64,000 nt of DNA from an uncultured Thermoleophilia bacterium (GCA_963827525.1 CAWHBH010000001.1:1863-65862), one strand, 5' to 3'; counted from the first letter of the stretch, positions 8,906 to 18,761 are shown. Translations and numbers: made by a program. The notes: generated by a model from the sequence alone, not told the origin.

Positions 8906-9386
8906 GTGGCAAACCAGATGAAGACCAAAGAGAAGCCGACACTGAGCACCGACGCACTTCGTCCCTACGTTCAGCGGGCGATGACGGATCCGGACCTCCG
9001 AGATGACCTGCTCGCCGCATTCGTTGCCGCACGCGGCCTCTACGGGCAGCTGGGCAAGGGGCGCGGCGTGAAGGGCAAGGCGAACAAGGTCTCGGACAAG
9101 AAGTTCCAGAAGGAGCTCCAGGGACTCGTCGCCGAGCTCACGGACGCGTCGGATCGCCTTCAGGGCAAAGGGGCGAAGAAAGCCCACAAGGCGCGAAACC
9201 GCGTGCTTCTGCTCACCGGCGTGACGCTCGGCGTCCTCTACAACCCTTGGACGGGAGTCGTCGACGCGCGACTGGATCATGGATCGCGTCGCCGGAGGCG
9301 ACGGAGACGGGCTGGACGAGCTCGAGGCGGAGCTCGCGGCGAGTGCCGAGAGCACGACACCGGGCAACGGCAACGAGGCCGCCTAG
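8906..9386 (+). CDS. hypothetical protein (basic/coiled N-half, one TM-like segment, acidic tail); reading frame broken by +1 near 9250
   Basis: Strong GC3 in frame 2 from ATG 8906 to ~9255 (..GVLYNPWTG). GC3 then moves to frame 3 (..RDWIMDRVAGGDGDGLDELEAELAAS..NEAA, stop 9384-9386). The frame-2 continuation is R-rich and antisense to the M23 gene. Confidence 0.5.
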
Positions 9387-9487
9387 TTTGCGCAGAACCC
9401 GAGTTCGCTAGCCCCGATTCCGGTTCGCGCGTAAATCCGTGGAAGGCCCGCTTGGCGGGGTGCGCAGTGTTGATCAGTGCTCGCGGC

Positions 9488-10870
9488 CTAGCGGGTGAGC
9501 GCGCGTTCGAGCGCCCCCGGGACGAGTCCGCTGGTCGACCCGATGTCGTCGGCTTCGAGGAGGACCGCCCCTGGGGGTGGCAACGTCGCGAAGCCCGGTC
9601 CCGAAGGAACATAGATCCGTCCGGCTGCGAAGGAGACGTCGTCCGCTCGCCGCCAGGCGAGCAGGATCGGATACGGCGCGACCACTCCGTCGTATCCGAG
9701 ACCCGCCATTGCGGCCGGATGGATCTCGAAGTGGAGATGCGGAGTGCCGCCCTCGGCGTCGCCTGTATCCCCGACGAACCCGACGACGTCGCCCGCCTCG
9801 ACACGGCGCCCCTCCACGGCGAGCGGTGAGTACGCCGAGAGGTGCGCGTAGTAGAACTCGTTTCCGGAGGTGTCGCGCAACCAGAGCCGATAGCCGCCGA
9901 TCTTGTTGAAGCCGATTGTGTGCAGCGTCCCGTCGGCCACCGCCAGGAGCGGAGTGCCCGTTCGCGCGAAGATGTCCTCACCGTGGTGCCAACCGCCCGG
10001 AACGTTCGGCCGCGGCGCGCCGAAGCTGTCGCCGAACGAAGCGGTTCCGTACACCGGGAACACGTAGCCGCCACCCGTGAATCGCGCGGTGACCTCGGGC
10101 GCGACGAGCACAGGACCGCCGGGAACCTCACCGCCGACGTCGGGCTCGGGAGCTGCCGGGCGCGTCGGCCGAACAACAGGCGGGCGCGGGGTCGTCACCG
10201 GATCAGGGCGCGGCGTCGCCGACAGCTTGGCCACGGCGACGGCCTGCACGCTTCCGACGAGGATCTCGGTGCCAGCAGGAAGCCCACCGTGTGCGGCCGT
10301 CAACACGACACGAAGCGCGGCGGCCGACCCCTGCGCACCGGGTGGCCCTGACTTGCGGGCGCCACTGCTTTCGGTCAGCACGGCGATGGTCCCCCAGTCC
10401 TCGAGCGATGCGCGAGAGCCGGGAGTGGTCGAGACGTCGCTGCCGAGCACCCGGAGTCCCTGGACCCCGGATGCCGTGACGTCGGCGCCGACAGAGCGAG
10501 CGCTTGCTCCGGCGGACGCCGACGCCGTCACCTGCGCAGCGACCACCTCACCGCCGAAGAGCGACAGGACGATCACTTCCGCGAACGCCTGCGCAGCGGC
10601 CGCATCGCCAGACTGCGCGAAGACGGCGGCACGAGACCTACCGAGGCTCACGATCGAGCCGTCGTCCGGGTACTGGAACGACTGGACGTCCACCGTCGTG
10701 CTCGTCGGCCACTCGAGCGCACCCAACGAGACCGTGTCTTGTCCGGGAACGGTGATGCGAACGAGAACGGCCGTCGCACCTGTCGCCGCGCCCTTGGGTG
10801 GAGGCGCGGCCGCCGCCAAGGTCGTCGAGAGGACGAGGGCCGCGCCAACGAAGGCGGCAAGGCGGATCAC
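9488..10870 (-). CDS. secreted M23-family metallopeptidase (peptidoglycan endopeptidase)
   Basis: Signal peptide MIRLAAFVGAALVLSTTLAAA. C-terminal M23 motifs HHGEDIF and GDTGDAEGGTPHLHFEIH. GTGA overlap with the upstream TauE gene. Confidence 0.8.
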   Translation of the reverse strand: MIRLAAFVGAALVLSTTLAAAAPPPKGAATGATAVLVRITVPGQDTVSLGALEWPTSTTVDVQSFQYPDDGSIVSLGRSRAAVFAQSGDAAAAQAFAEVIVLSLFGGEVVAAQVTASASAGASARSVGADVTASGVQGLRVLGSDVSTTPGSRASLEDWGTIAVLTESSGARKSGPPGAQGSAAALRVVLTAAHGGLPAGTEILVGSVQAVAVAKLSATPRPDPVTTPRPPVVRPTRPAAPEPDVGGEVPGGPVLVAPEVTARFTGGGYVFPVYGTASFGDSFGAPRPNVPGGWHHGEDIFARTGTPLLAVADGTLHTIGFNKIGGYRLWLRDTSGNEFYYAHLSAYSPLAVEGRRVEAGDVVGFVGDTGDAEGGTPHLHFEIHPAAMAGLGYDGVVAPYPILLAWRRADDVSFAAGRIYVPSGPGFATLPPPGAVLLEADDIGSTSGLVPGALERALTR

Positions 10871-11262
10871 GGCACGTCAGGGTAGCGAGGACGCGCGCGG
10901 CGAGCCCGCCAGACGAGCTGCGCCGCGACCGCGAACAGGAGAACGGCGAAGAGCTTGCGAAGCACGCTCTCGGGCAACTCGGTCACGATCCTGGCGCCGA
11001 CCTCGACCCCGATGATCGACGCGAGGCCGACGACGACCGCCGTGCGTACCCGAAGGTGCCCGTACCGGTGCTGGTTCAAGGTGCCGGCCGCGACCGTCGG
11101 GAGAATCGCGAGCAGAGACGTTCCCTGAGCCTCGAGCTGTCCGAGCCCGAGGGCGACGAGCGCTGGCACGAAGAGGATCCCACCGCCTACCCCGAACAGG
11201 CCCGCCATGACCCCGGCGGCGAGCCCGAGGCAGATACCGATGGCAATCGTGGTTGTGCTCAC
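10867..11262 (-). CDS. TauE/SafE (DUF81) family membrane protein, half-size, second of a pair
   Basis: 131 aa, about 4 TM segments, motif GLFGVGGGILFVPAL. GTG 11262 overlaps the upstream stop (GTGA). Confidence 0.65.
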   Translation of the reverse strand: MSTTTIAIGICLGLAAGVMAGLFGVGGGILFVPALVALGLGQLEAQGTSLLAILPTVAAGTLNQHRYGHLRVRTAVVVGLASIIGVEVGARIVTELPESVLRKLFAVLLFAVAAQLVWRARRARPRYPDVP

Positions 11263-11603
11263 GACACGAGCAGCCAGACGCCGACGCCCGAGAGGAGCAC
11301 CGCGAATCCGTAGGTGAGCGTGCTCGTGCGAACGCGCTGCTGTAACGACGTTCCCGCCACGGCGCCCACTGCGGCGGGCAGACCGACGAGAGCCGCATAG
11401 CCGACGTCGACCTCTCCCCTGACCGAGAAGACGACGACCCCGGCTGTCGCCGTGATCCCGATGGCGGCCAGCGACGTCGCCGTGGCGGCCCGCTCGGGGA
11501 TGCCTGCAAACAGGATGAGCAGCGGGACGGCGAGCATGCCGCCCCCGACCCCGAAGAACGCGGAGAAGACCCCCGCCGCGATCCCGATGGCGACGAGGCG
11601 CAC
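11259..11603 (-). CDS. TauE/SafE (DUF81) family membrane protein, half-size, first of a pair
   Basis: 114 aa, about 4 TM segments, motif AFFGVGGGMLAVPLL, which parallels the motif in the downstream half. Confidence 0.65.
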   Translation of the reverse strand: MRLVAIGIAAGVFSAFFGVGGGMLAVPLLILFAGIPERAATATSLAAIGITATAGVVVFSVRGEVDVGYAALVGLPAAVGAVAGTSLQQRVRTSTLTYGFAVLLSGVGVWLLVS

Positions 11604-11618
11604 GGACGTATCGTACGA

Positions 11619-12243
11619 GTGTGGTCAGTCGTGTCGCGATCGTCTTGCTCGTCGATCGTTGCCGCGCTGGTCGGGGCCCGCGAGCGCGAGCAGTGGCCCG
11701 CGCAGCGTCGGTCGTCGCTACTACGTGGTACAGCCCGATCCGACGACTGTGTCCCTCGCCCTTATGTGGTGGCGACTGGGTCGCACTCGCGAACCACCCA
11801 CGTACGAGATGTCACGACGGAGCGCTTCGACCTCGGTGCTACGTGGCACGGACCGTCGACGAGGAGCGCCACCCGCAAGCCGTCGCGTGCCTGCGGGTGC
11901 GCTTGTTCGCGCTGAGGGACGAGCCGTGGAAGGACGCGTCCCGGCTTCGGCAGCTCGGCGACACTCGTCGTCGCGGACGTCTTGCTCGCCGGCCAGCGCG
12001 GCAGGGCCGCCGAAAGGACCCTTCTTCGATTGGCCGACACCGGTGTTCGCTGCATCCGCGCGCCTTGCTTCTCCATACGGCGTCACTGGCTCAACGGGTT
12101 GTCGCACACGAGCGTCTCAGGCATCGACCATCGAAGCGGCGTACGAGCAACGCCTGAGCGAGACTATGCGCGTGATCGATGGCGGGCGCCCTCGGTACGA
12201 AGAGCGGGCCGTAATCGCACAGGGAGCATCGCTCGGCCCGTGA
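11619..12243 (+). pseudogene. Cys-motif (CPSPLCGG ... GVRCIRAPC) protein gene spread over three reading frames; family assignment tentative
   Basis: Frame 2 reads ..WYSPIRRLCPSPLCGGDWV..TRCHDG..RCYVARTVDEE... Frame 3 reads ..LLRLADTGVRCIRAPCFS..LNG..VSGID. Frame 1 reads ..AAYEQRLSETMRVIDGG..., stop 12241-12243. Each frame turns R-rich after its plausible stretch. Confidence 0.3.
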
Positions 12244-12286
12244 CGGCAGGGCGTAAGTTCCTTGGCGACCCAGTTCTTCCTCAAGA

Positions 12287-13596
12287 TCAGCCCACTGACG
12301 CCTCGCGCCTGAGAACGTTCCAGGCCAGGCGAACGTCGTCTTCGGTGGTGCGAAAGTTGCCGACCGCCAGGCGCAACGCGTACCGGTCGCCGAGCCTCGC
12401 GTGCGAGAGGAAGACCTCGCCGGAGTCGTTGACCCGCTCGAGCAGCCGCTCGTTTTCCTCGTCCGTGCCCTGCCGGCGAAAGCACACGAGCGAGAAGTGC
12501 CGAGGAGCGACGACTTCCCAGCCCGGCTCGGCGCGTACCCACTGCTCGAACAGGGACGCGAGCCGTGACATGCTCGCGGATTCGCTCCTGCAGCCCGGCC
12601 TTGCCATAGCAGCGAAGCACCGCCCACAGCTTGAGCGCCCGAAACCGGCGGCCGAGCGGGATCGAGAGCTCGCTCAGGTTCACCGCGTCGTCGGGAGACT
12701 GGAGGAACTCGGGAACGAGGCTGAACGCTCGGCGGAATTCATCGAGACGACGTGTCCAGAGTGCGGAGCAGTCCATCGGGACGCCGAGCCACTTGTGCGG
12801 GTTGACGCCGATCGAGTCGGCGCGCTCCCAGCCGTCGAAGTGACGCGCGAAGCTCCGGGCAGACGGCAGCAGAGCCCGCGTACGCGGCGTCGACGTGCAG
12901 CCATGCGCCCGCGCCACGACATGCGTCCGCCAGCTCAGGAACCGGATCGACTGCGGCGGCTCCAGTCGTCCCGATCGTCGCGACGACCGCGCAAGCGTCG
13001 CCGAGCTCGAGGAGTTCGGCCCGGAGCCGAAACTCGTCGTCGACTGGGACCTTTCGCAGCTCGAGCTCGAGGAGCCGCGCCGCCTTGTCCACGACGGAGT
13101 GGGCGTGCTCGGAGCAGACGACCACCCGTCGATCTGGTCGCAGCGACCGCGCCACCGCGAGTGAGGCGAGAACACCGCTCGACGCCGTGTCCTCGATGTG
13201 GCCGTGAAACTCCTCCGGTAGCCCGACCAGCTGCCGGAGCCAGTCGAGTGTCACCTCTTCGAGCTCCTGCAACGCCGGAGAGGTGCGCCAGAGGATCCCG
13301 ACCTGGTTCAACCCTGCGATCAGGAGCTCCGCGAGGACTCCCGGCTCCGAGCCGGTCGTCGCGAAGTACGCGAAGAAGCGCGGGCTCTGCCAGTGCGTGA
13401 GCCCCGGCAGCAGGACGGTGTCGAGATCGCGCAGCACGGCCTCGAACGGCTCGGCATCGTCGGGTGGCGATGCGGGTAGAGCGGCACGAATTTGCCCCGG
13501 GTCGACCTGCGACAGGACCGGCAGCTCCCGGACGCGCTCGAGGTAGGACGCGACCCAGTCGAGCGCGAGCGCCCCGTCGTCGCGAAAGGCGCTCAC
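12287..13596 (-). pseudogene. PLP-dependent group II (aromatic-L-amino-acid/DDC-type) decarboxylase, two +1 frame disruptions (~12845 and ~12567)
   Basis: Three track ORFs (12739..13596, 12117..13175, 12287..12607) join into one DDC-like protein: ..HVDAAYAGSAAVCPELRA | HFDGWERADSIGVNPHKW (PLP Lys)..IREHV | RLASLFEQWVRAEPGWEV.. Confidence 0.75.
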
Positions 13597-15303
13597 CGCT
13601 TCAGCTTCTCGATCTCCCGCCAGGACCGCGTGTTCAGCACCTGTTCCTTCGTCAGCCAGGCGCGCCTGGCCTGGGCGACGCCGAGCTCCGCGTAGTCGAG
13701 CGCGCCGATCGAGTGGGCATCCGTCGTGATCGGAATCCGAACACCCGCTTCACCAGCCAATCGGGCGTGGGTGTCGCGCATGTCGAGCCGGTCCGCCTGC
13801 GAGTTGATCTCGAGCGCCGTGCCCGTCTCCGCGGCTCGCTCGACGACACGCTCGACGTCGACCTCTGCGCCGGTGCGCTTCAGCAGGCGCCTCCCCGTGA
13901 GATGGCCTATGCAGTCGACGTTGGGATTGTCGATCGCGCCCAGGATCCGCTCGGTCGGGCTGCGGTCGAACGACGTGTGAAGCGAGGCGACCACCCAGTC
14001 GAGCTGCGCCAGCACGTCGTCGGGAACGTCGAGCGACCCGTCCGCGCGGATGTTCGCCTCGATGCCGCGCAGCACGCGAAACGGCTTGACGACGACATTG
14101 ACGGCGTCGATCTCCTTCCACTGGGATTCGAGCCGGCCGTCGCGGAGGTAGTGCGAGTGGTCGGTCAGGCAGAGGAACCGGTAGCCCCGGAGCTTGGCCG
14201 CCTGCGCCATCTCCTCGATGGTGTTCTTTCCATCCGACGACCACGTCGAGTGACAGTGCATCTCGCCGCGGAGATCCGACAGCTCGACGAGCTCTGGTAG
14301 AGCCCCCTTGCGGCCGGCCACGATCTCGTCCGTCCCCTCGCGCAGCTCCGGGGCGATCCAGGCGTAGCCGAGGTACTCGTACAGCTCTGCCTCGGAGGCG
14401 TGGGTCACGACCTCGCCCGTCTCGACGATCGTCACCCCGTACTCGGAGATCGAGAGCCCCCGTCGCTGTGCGTCTTCACGCAACGCGATGTTGTGGTCCT
14501 TCGATCCCGTGAAGTGCTGGAGCACGTTCCCGTAGCACTCGGGTGGCACGACCCGCAGGTCGAAGCGGAGACCATCGTGCCCGACGACCGTTGCCTTCGT
14601 ATCGCCGCGCGCGGCTACCTCGGCAACCCACTTCCCGCCGCAGAAAGTAGTGATGAGCGCGGGCGCGTCGCTCGACGTCGCAATGAGATCCAGGTCGCGC
14701 ACCGTCTCGCGCCGACGCCGCACGCTGCCTGCTTCCGAGACGGCGATCGCGGCCGGATGAGCCGTGAGCTCCGCGGCTACCCGGCGAACTGCAGGCAATG
14801 CCGTGCCGAGAAGCCGGCGTGGCTCGACCTCCTCGCCGACGCCCGCCTCGAGCGCCTTCAGAATCTTCTCCTCGCTGCGAGCACCCATCCCCGAGAGCTC
14901 GCGTAGGCGACCGTCTTCCGCAGCCGCCTTGAGGCTCGCGAGCGTCGTCACACCCAGCTGGGTCCAGATCCGGGCGGCCGTCTTCGGCCCGACTCCCGGC
15001 AGCCGTAGGAAGTCGACGACCCCGGCGGGGACGCGCTGCCGTCTCCTCGTGAGAGCCTCCATCTCGCCCGCCCTCCACGACCTCGACGACCTTCTGCTCG
15101 ATCGTCCTGCCGATTCCGGGAAGCTCTTTCGCCTTTCCCTCGAGCGCAAGCTCGGCGATAGGAACCGCGGACTCCCGGATCCGAGTTGCCGCGCGCCGGT
15201 ATGCGATCACCTTGAACGACTCCTCTTCGAGGATCTCCGAGAGATCGGCAAGGAGGTCGAGCTGGTCGGCGAGCTCGGCGTTTCGGGGCAGGGCCTTGGC
15301 CAT
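13593..15303 (-). CDS. polX: PolX-family DNA polymerase with C-terminal PHP phosphoesterase domain; one +1 frame disruption near 15066
   Basis: N-terminus (ORF 14476..15303) ..ELPGIGRTIEQKVVEVVEGG joins ORF 13593..15149 at EMEALTRR..LRLPGVGPKTAARIW (HhH). PHP motif HCHSTWSSDG. GTGA overlap with the decarboxylase gene. Confidence 0.8.
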
Positions 15304-15320
15304 GCCGCGATGATACGGCG

Positions 15321-16043
15321 ATGCCTCGTGCCGTTCTGTGCCTCCCGACCTACAACGAGCGGGAGAACCTCGAGCCGATGATCCGTGAGCTCGGAGACGT
15401 CCTGGACACCTCGAAGGACCGCGTTCTCGTCATCGACGACGCGTCTCCTGACGGAACCGGCGAGATCGCAGACCGGCTCGGCGCCGAACTGTCATGGGTG
15501 TCCGTCCTCCATCGCGAGCGCAAGGAGGGGATCGGGCCGGCGTACATCGCCGGCTTTGAGTGGGCGCTCGCGGAGGGTGCGGAGCTCGTCCTCGAGATGG
15601 ACTGCGACTTCTCGCATCGCCCGAGCGACGTGCCGCGGCTGATCGCGGCCGCCGAGGATGCCGACCTCGTGCTCGGCTCACGCTACGCGCCCGGAGGAGG
15701 AACCGAGAACTGGGGGCTCGTGCGGCGGATCGTGTCCCGCGGCGGCTGCCTCTACGCGCAGGTCCTGCTCGGGATGCGGGTGCGCGACCTGACCGGCGGG
15801 TTCAAATGCTTCCGGCGAGGCGCGCTCGAAGCCATCGACCTCGACGCGTTGTCGGCGCACGGGTACGCGTTTCAGATCGAGACGACGTACCGGGTTCGTC
15901 GCGCAGGGCTCCGCGTGCAGGAGATCCCGATCACGTTCGTCGAGCGGCGCGCAGGTGCGTCGAAGATGACGGGCTCGATCGTCGCGGAGGCGATCTGGAA
16001 AGTGCCGCTTCTGCGCCTTCGGGCGTTGACCGGTCGTCTGTAG
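15321..16043 (+). CDS. polyprenol-phosphate mannosyltransferase (GT2, Ppm1/DPM1-like)
   Basis: LPTYNERENL, VIDDASPDGT, EMDCDFSH and GSRY motifs typical of GT2 dolichol/polyprenol-P-mannose synthases. Confidence 0.8.
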   Translation: MPRAVLCLPTYNERENLEPMIRELGDVLDTSKDRVLVIDDASPDGTGEIADRLGAELSWVSVLHRERKEGIGPAYIAGFEWALAEGAELVLEMDCDFSHRPSDVPRLIAAAEDADLVLGSRYAPGGGTENWGLVRRIVSRGGCLYAQVLLGMRVRDLTGGFKCFRRGALEAIDLDALSAHGYAFQIETTYRVRRAGLRVQEIPITFVERRAGASKMTGSIVAEAIWKVPLLRLRALTGRL

Positions 16044-16079
16044 AACTGGCTCGAACCCGCTCACCACTACGCTGACGCC

Positions 16080-16403
16080 GTGGACGAGGTCACGGACGCA
16101 ACCTTCGCCGACGAGGTGCTCGCCTGTCCGCTGCCCGTGATCGTCGACTTCTGGGCACCTTGGTGCAAGCCGTGCGAGGCGATCGAGCCACACCTGCACG
16201 CCCTCGCGGAACAATGGGAGGGTCGCGTGCGGCTAGTGCGGCTCAACGTCGACGAGAACCTCGCCGTCTCGGGTCGTCACGGTGTGCTCTCGCTGCCGAC
16301 CGTGATCCTCTTCGACCGCGGAGAGCCTCGGGCAACCGTGTACGGAGCGCAGCCGCGCGCGCGATTCGAGCGAGAGTTCAGCCCGTTCGTCCAAGATCAG
16401 TAG
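16080..16403 (+). CDS. trxA: thioredoxin
   Basis: 107 aa with active site FWAPWCKPC and the cis-Pro context LPTVILF. Confidence 0.85.
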   Translation: MDEVTDATFADEVLACPLPVIVDFWAPWCKPCEAIEPHLHALAEQWEGRVRLVRLNVDENLAVSGRHGVLSLPTVILFDRGEPRATVYGAQPRARFEREFSPFVQDQ

Positions 16404-16430
16404 CGCGCCGCCGTTCCTGATTCGACTCGA

Positions 16431-18761
16431 GTGACTCGCGGGTCCCGTACGAGTCACGCACTGCGCGTACTGCGGGTCTGGCGTCGCGCCTGGCAAGCCC
16501 TAGCCGCCTGCGACACTGGGCGCGTGGCCATAGACGTTGCGGCAACCTGGGCCGATCTCCTCGAGGGCGAGGAGATCGCGTATCGCGGGACCGAGCCACC
16601 CCGCGAAGCGCGCGTCGAGCCGCTTCCCGACGACCTCGACCCTCGCGTCGCGTCGGCGCTCGTCGCCGCCGGAGTCACCGCGCTCTACCGCCACCAGGCC
16701 GAAGCCTGGGAGGCCGCGCGGCGCGGCGAGAACATCGTCGTCACGACGGGCACCGCCTCGGGGAAGTCTCTGGCCTTCAACCTCCCCGTCCTCGATGCGA
16801 TCGCACGCGATCCGAAGACTCGCGCGCTCTACCTCTACCCGACCAAGGCGCTCTCGCAGGATCAGGCGCGCGGGCTCGCTGACCTCCGGCTGAAAGGGCT
16901 CAAGCCGGCGATCTACGACGGCGACACGCCCGGCGAGCGGCGCTGGCAGATCCGCAAGTGGTCGAACGTCATCCTCACGAATCCGGACATGCTCCACGTC
17001 GGCCTTCTTCCTCATCACGACCGCTGGGGAGACGTTCTCGCCAACCTGCGGTACGTGATCGTCGACGAGGCGCACGTCTACCGCGGCGTCTTCGGGTCAC
17101 ACGTGGCCAACGTCCTACGCCGGCTCCGGCGGCTGGCACGGATCTACGACTCCGAGCCGCAGTTCCTGCTCGCCTCGGCGACGATTGCGAACGCGGGTGA
17201 GCTCGCGGAGGCTCTCACCGGCGAGCGCGCAACGGTGATCGAGCACGACACGTCGCCGAAAGCCGAGCGCGACGTCGTCATCTGGAATCCGCCTCTCCTC
17301 GACGCCGAGCTCGGCTTGCGAGCGAGCCCGCTGGGTGATGCTGCACGCCTTCTCTCACAGCTCACGTCACGAGGTCTTCGGACGATCTGCTTCGCCAAGA
17401 GCCGCAAGGCCGCCGAGCTCATCCATCGGTTCGCGTCAGAGCGGGTCGACGTCGCCACCGCGAGCCGCCTGGCCCCCTACCGCGCGGGTTACACCCCCGA
17501 GCAGCGCCGCGACATCGAGCGACGCCTCGTCGACGGAGACCTCCTCGGCGTCACGGCAACCGACGCGCTCGAGCTCGGGATCGACATCGGCCTCCTCGAC
17601 TGCGCGATCTCCGTTGGGTTCCCCGGGACAATCGCGTCGCTTCGCCAGCAGTGGGGTCGGGCGGGCCGGCGCGGCCACGGGCTGGCAATCCTGGTCGCGA
17701 GCGAGGATGCGCTCGACCAGTTCTTTGCGCGCGAGCCCGAAGCGCTCTTGTCGCGTCGCGTCGAAGCGGCCATCGTCGACCATGCAAATCCCCGGATCCT
17801 CGACCCGCACGTCCTCTCGGCGGCGTACGAGGCGCCGCTCGACGAGAAGGACGCTGCAACTCTCGGCAGCGAGGCGCTTCGCCGAGCGGCCGAGCTCCCC
17901 GAGCTCGACCACACCTCGGCCGGCTTCGTCTGGAAGGGGCGCGACTACCCCGCGGCCCGGTTCTCGCTCCGTTCCGGAGACGGCGACGCCTTCACGGTCG
18001 TGGATGCGAGCACCGGCTCTCTGCTCGGCCTCGTCGAGCGCGACCGAGCGTACTCGACCGTCCACGAGGGCGCTGTCTATCTCCATCTCGGTGAGCAGTA
18101 CCTCGTCGAGACGCTCGACCTGGAAGGACGCATCGCGGCCGTCGCCCCGGCGAGCGTCGATTGGTACACGCAAGTCAAGAAGGAGACCGAGACCGCTATC
18201 GAGGAGGCCGAGCGGGTCGAGCAACGTCTCGGGGTCGAGCTCAACTTCGGACGGGTATCCGTCACAGAGCAGGTCGTCGCCTTCGCGCGCAAGGCGGTCC
18301 GCGATGGGTCGACGATCGACGTCGTGCCGATGCTCATGCCGGAAACGACCTTCGAGACGGAGGCGATCTGGTTCTCGCCCGAATCCGCGCTGCTCGAGGA
18401 GCTCGAGCAGATGCCGAAGCTCCTCGGCACGCTCCACGCCGCCGAGCACACGCTCATCGCATTGCTCCCGCTCTGGGCGATGTGCGACCGCTGGGATATC
18501 GGCGGCCTCTCGACGAACGTCCACTACCAGACCGGTCGCCCGACGATCTTCGTCTACGACGGTCACGCGGGCGGAGTCGGGATCACGGCGCGCGGATTCG
18601 ACCGCTTCGAGGACTGGGTGGAGGACACCGTGCACCTGCTCCAACGCTGCCCGTGCTCGGCGGGCTGTCCCTCGTGCGTCCAGAGCCCGAAGTGCGGCAA
18701 CCTCAACGAGCCGCTCGACAAGGGCGGGGCGCGCACGCTGCTAGGGCGGATGCTCACGTAG
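16431..18761 (+). CDS. DEAD/DEAH-box helicase with C-terminal DUF1998 four-Cys domain (MrfA/YprA-like)
   Basis: Walker A TGTASGKS, DEAH box VIVDEAH, QQWGRAGRRG motif VI, C-terminal CPCSAGCPSCVQSPKCGN. The start may instead be GTG 16524. Confidence 0.8.
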   Translation: MTRGSRTSHALRVLRVWRRAWQALAACDTGRVAIDVAATWADLLEGEEIAYRGTEPPREARVEPLPDDLDPRVASALVAAGVTALYRHQAEAWEAARRGENIVVTTGTASGKSLAFNLPVLDAIARDPKTRALYLYPTKALSQDQARGLADLRLKGLKPAIYDGDTPGERRWQIRKWSNVILTNPDMLHVGLLPHHDRWGDVLANLRYVIVDEAHVYRGVFGSHVANVLRRLRRLARIYDSEPQFLLASATIANAGELAEALTGERATVIEHDTSPKAERDVVIWNPPLLDAELGLRASPLGDAARLLSQLTSRGLRTICFAKSRKAAELIHRFASERVDVATASRLAPYRAGYTPEQRRDIERRLVDGDLLGVTATDALELGIDIGLLDCAISVGFPGTIASLRQQWGRAGRRGHGLAILVASEDALDQFFAREPEALLSRRVEAAIVDHANPRILDPHVLSAAYEAPLDEKDAATLGSEALRRAAELPELDHTSAGFVWKGRDYPAARFSLRSGDGDAFTVVDASTGSLLGLVERDRAYSTVHEGAVYLHLGEQYLVETLDLEGRIAAVAPASVDWYTQVKKETETAIEEAERVEQRLGVELNFGRVSVTEQVVAFARKAVRDGSTIDVVPMLMPETTFETEAIWFSPESALLEELEQMPKLLGTLHAAEHTLIALLPLWAMCDRWDIGGLSTNVHYQTGRPTIFVYDGHAGGVGITARGFDRFEDWVEDTVHLLQRCPCSAGCPSCVQSPKCGNLNEPLDKGGARTLLGRMLT

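Noticed and set aside
16431-18761. The helicase plus DUF1998 as part of a DISARM/Dpd-like defence system.
   Set aside because: Helicase and DUF1998 are fused in one MrfA/YprA-like protein. It is flanked by thioredoxin and YCII/sigma genes, with no methyltransferase, PLD nuclease or other defence partners nearby.
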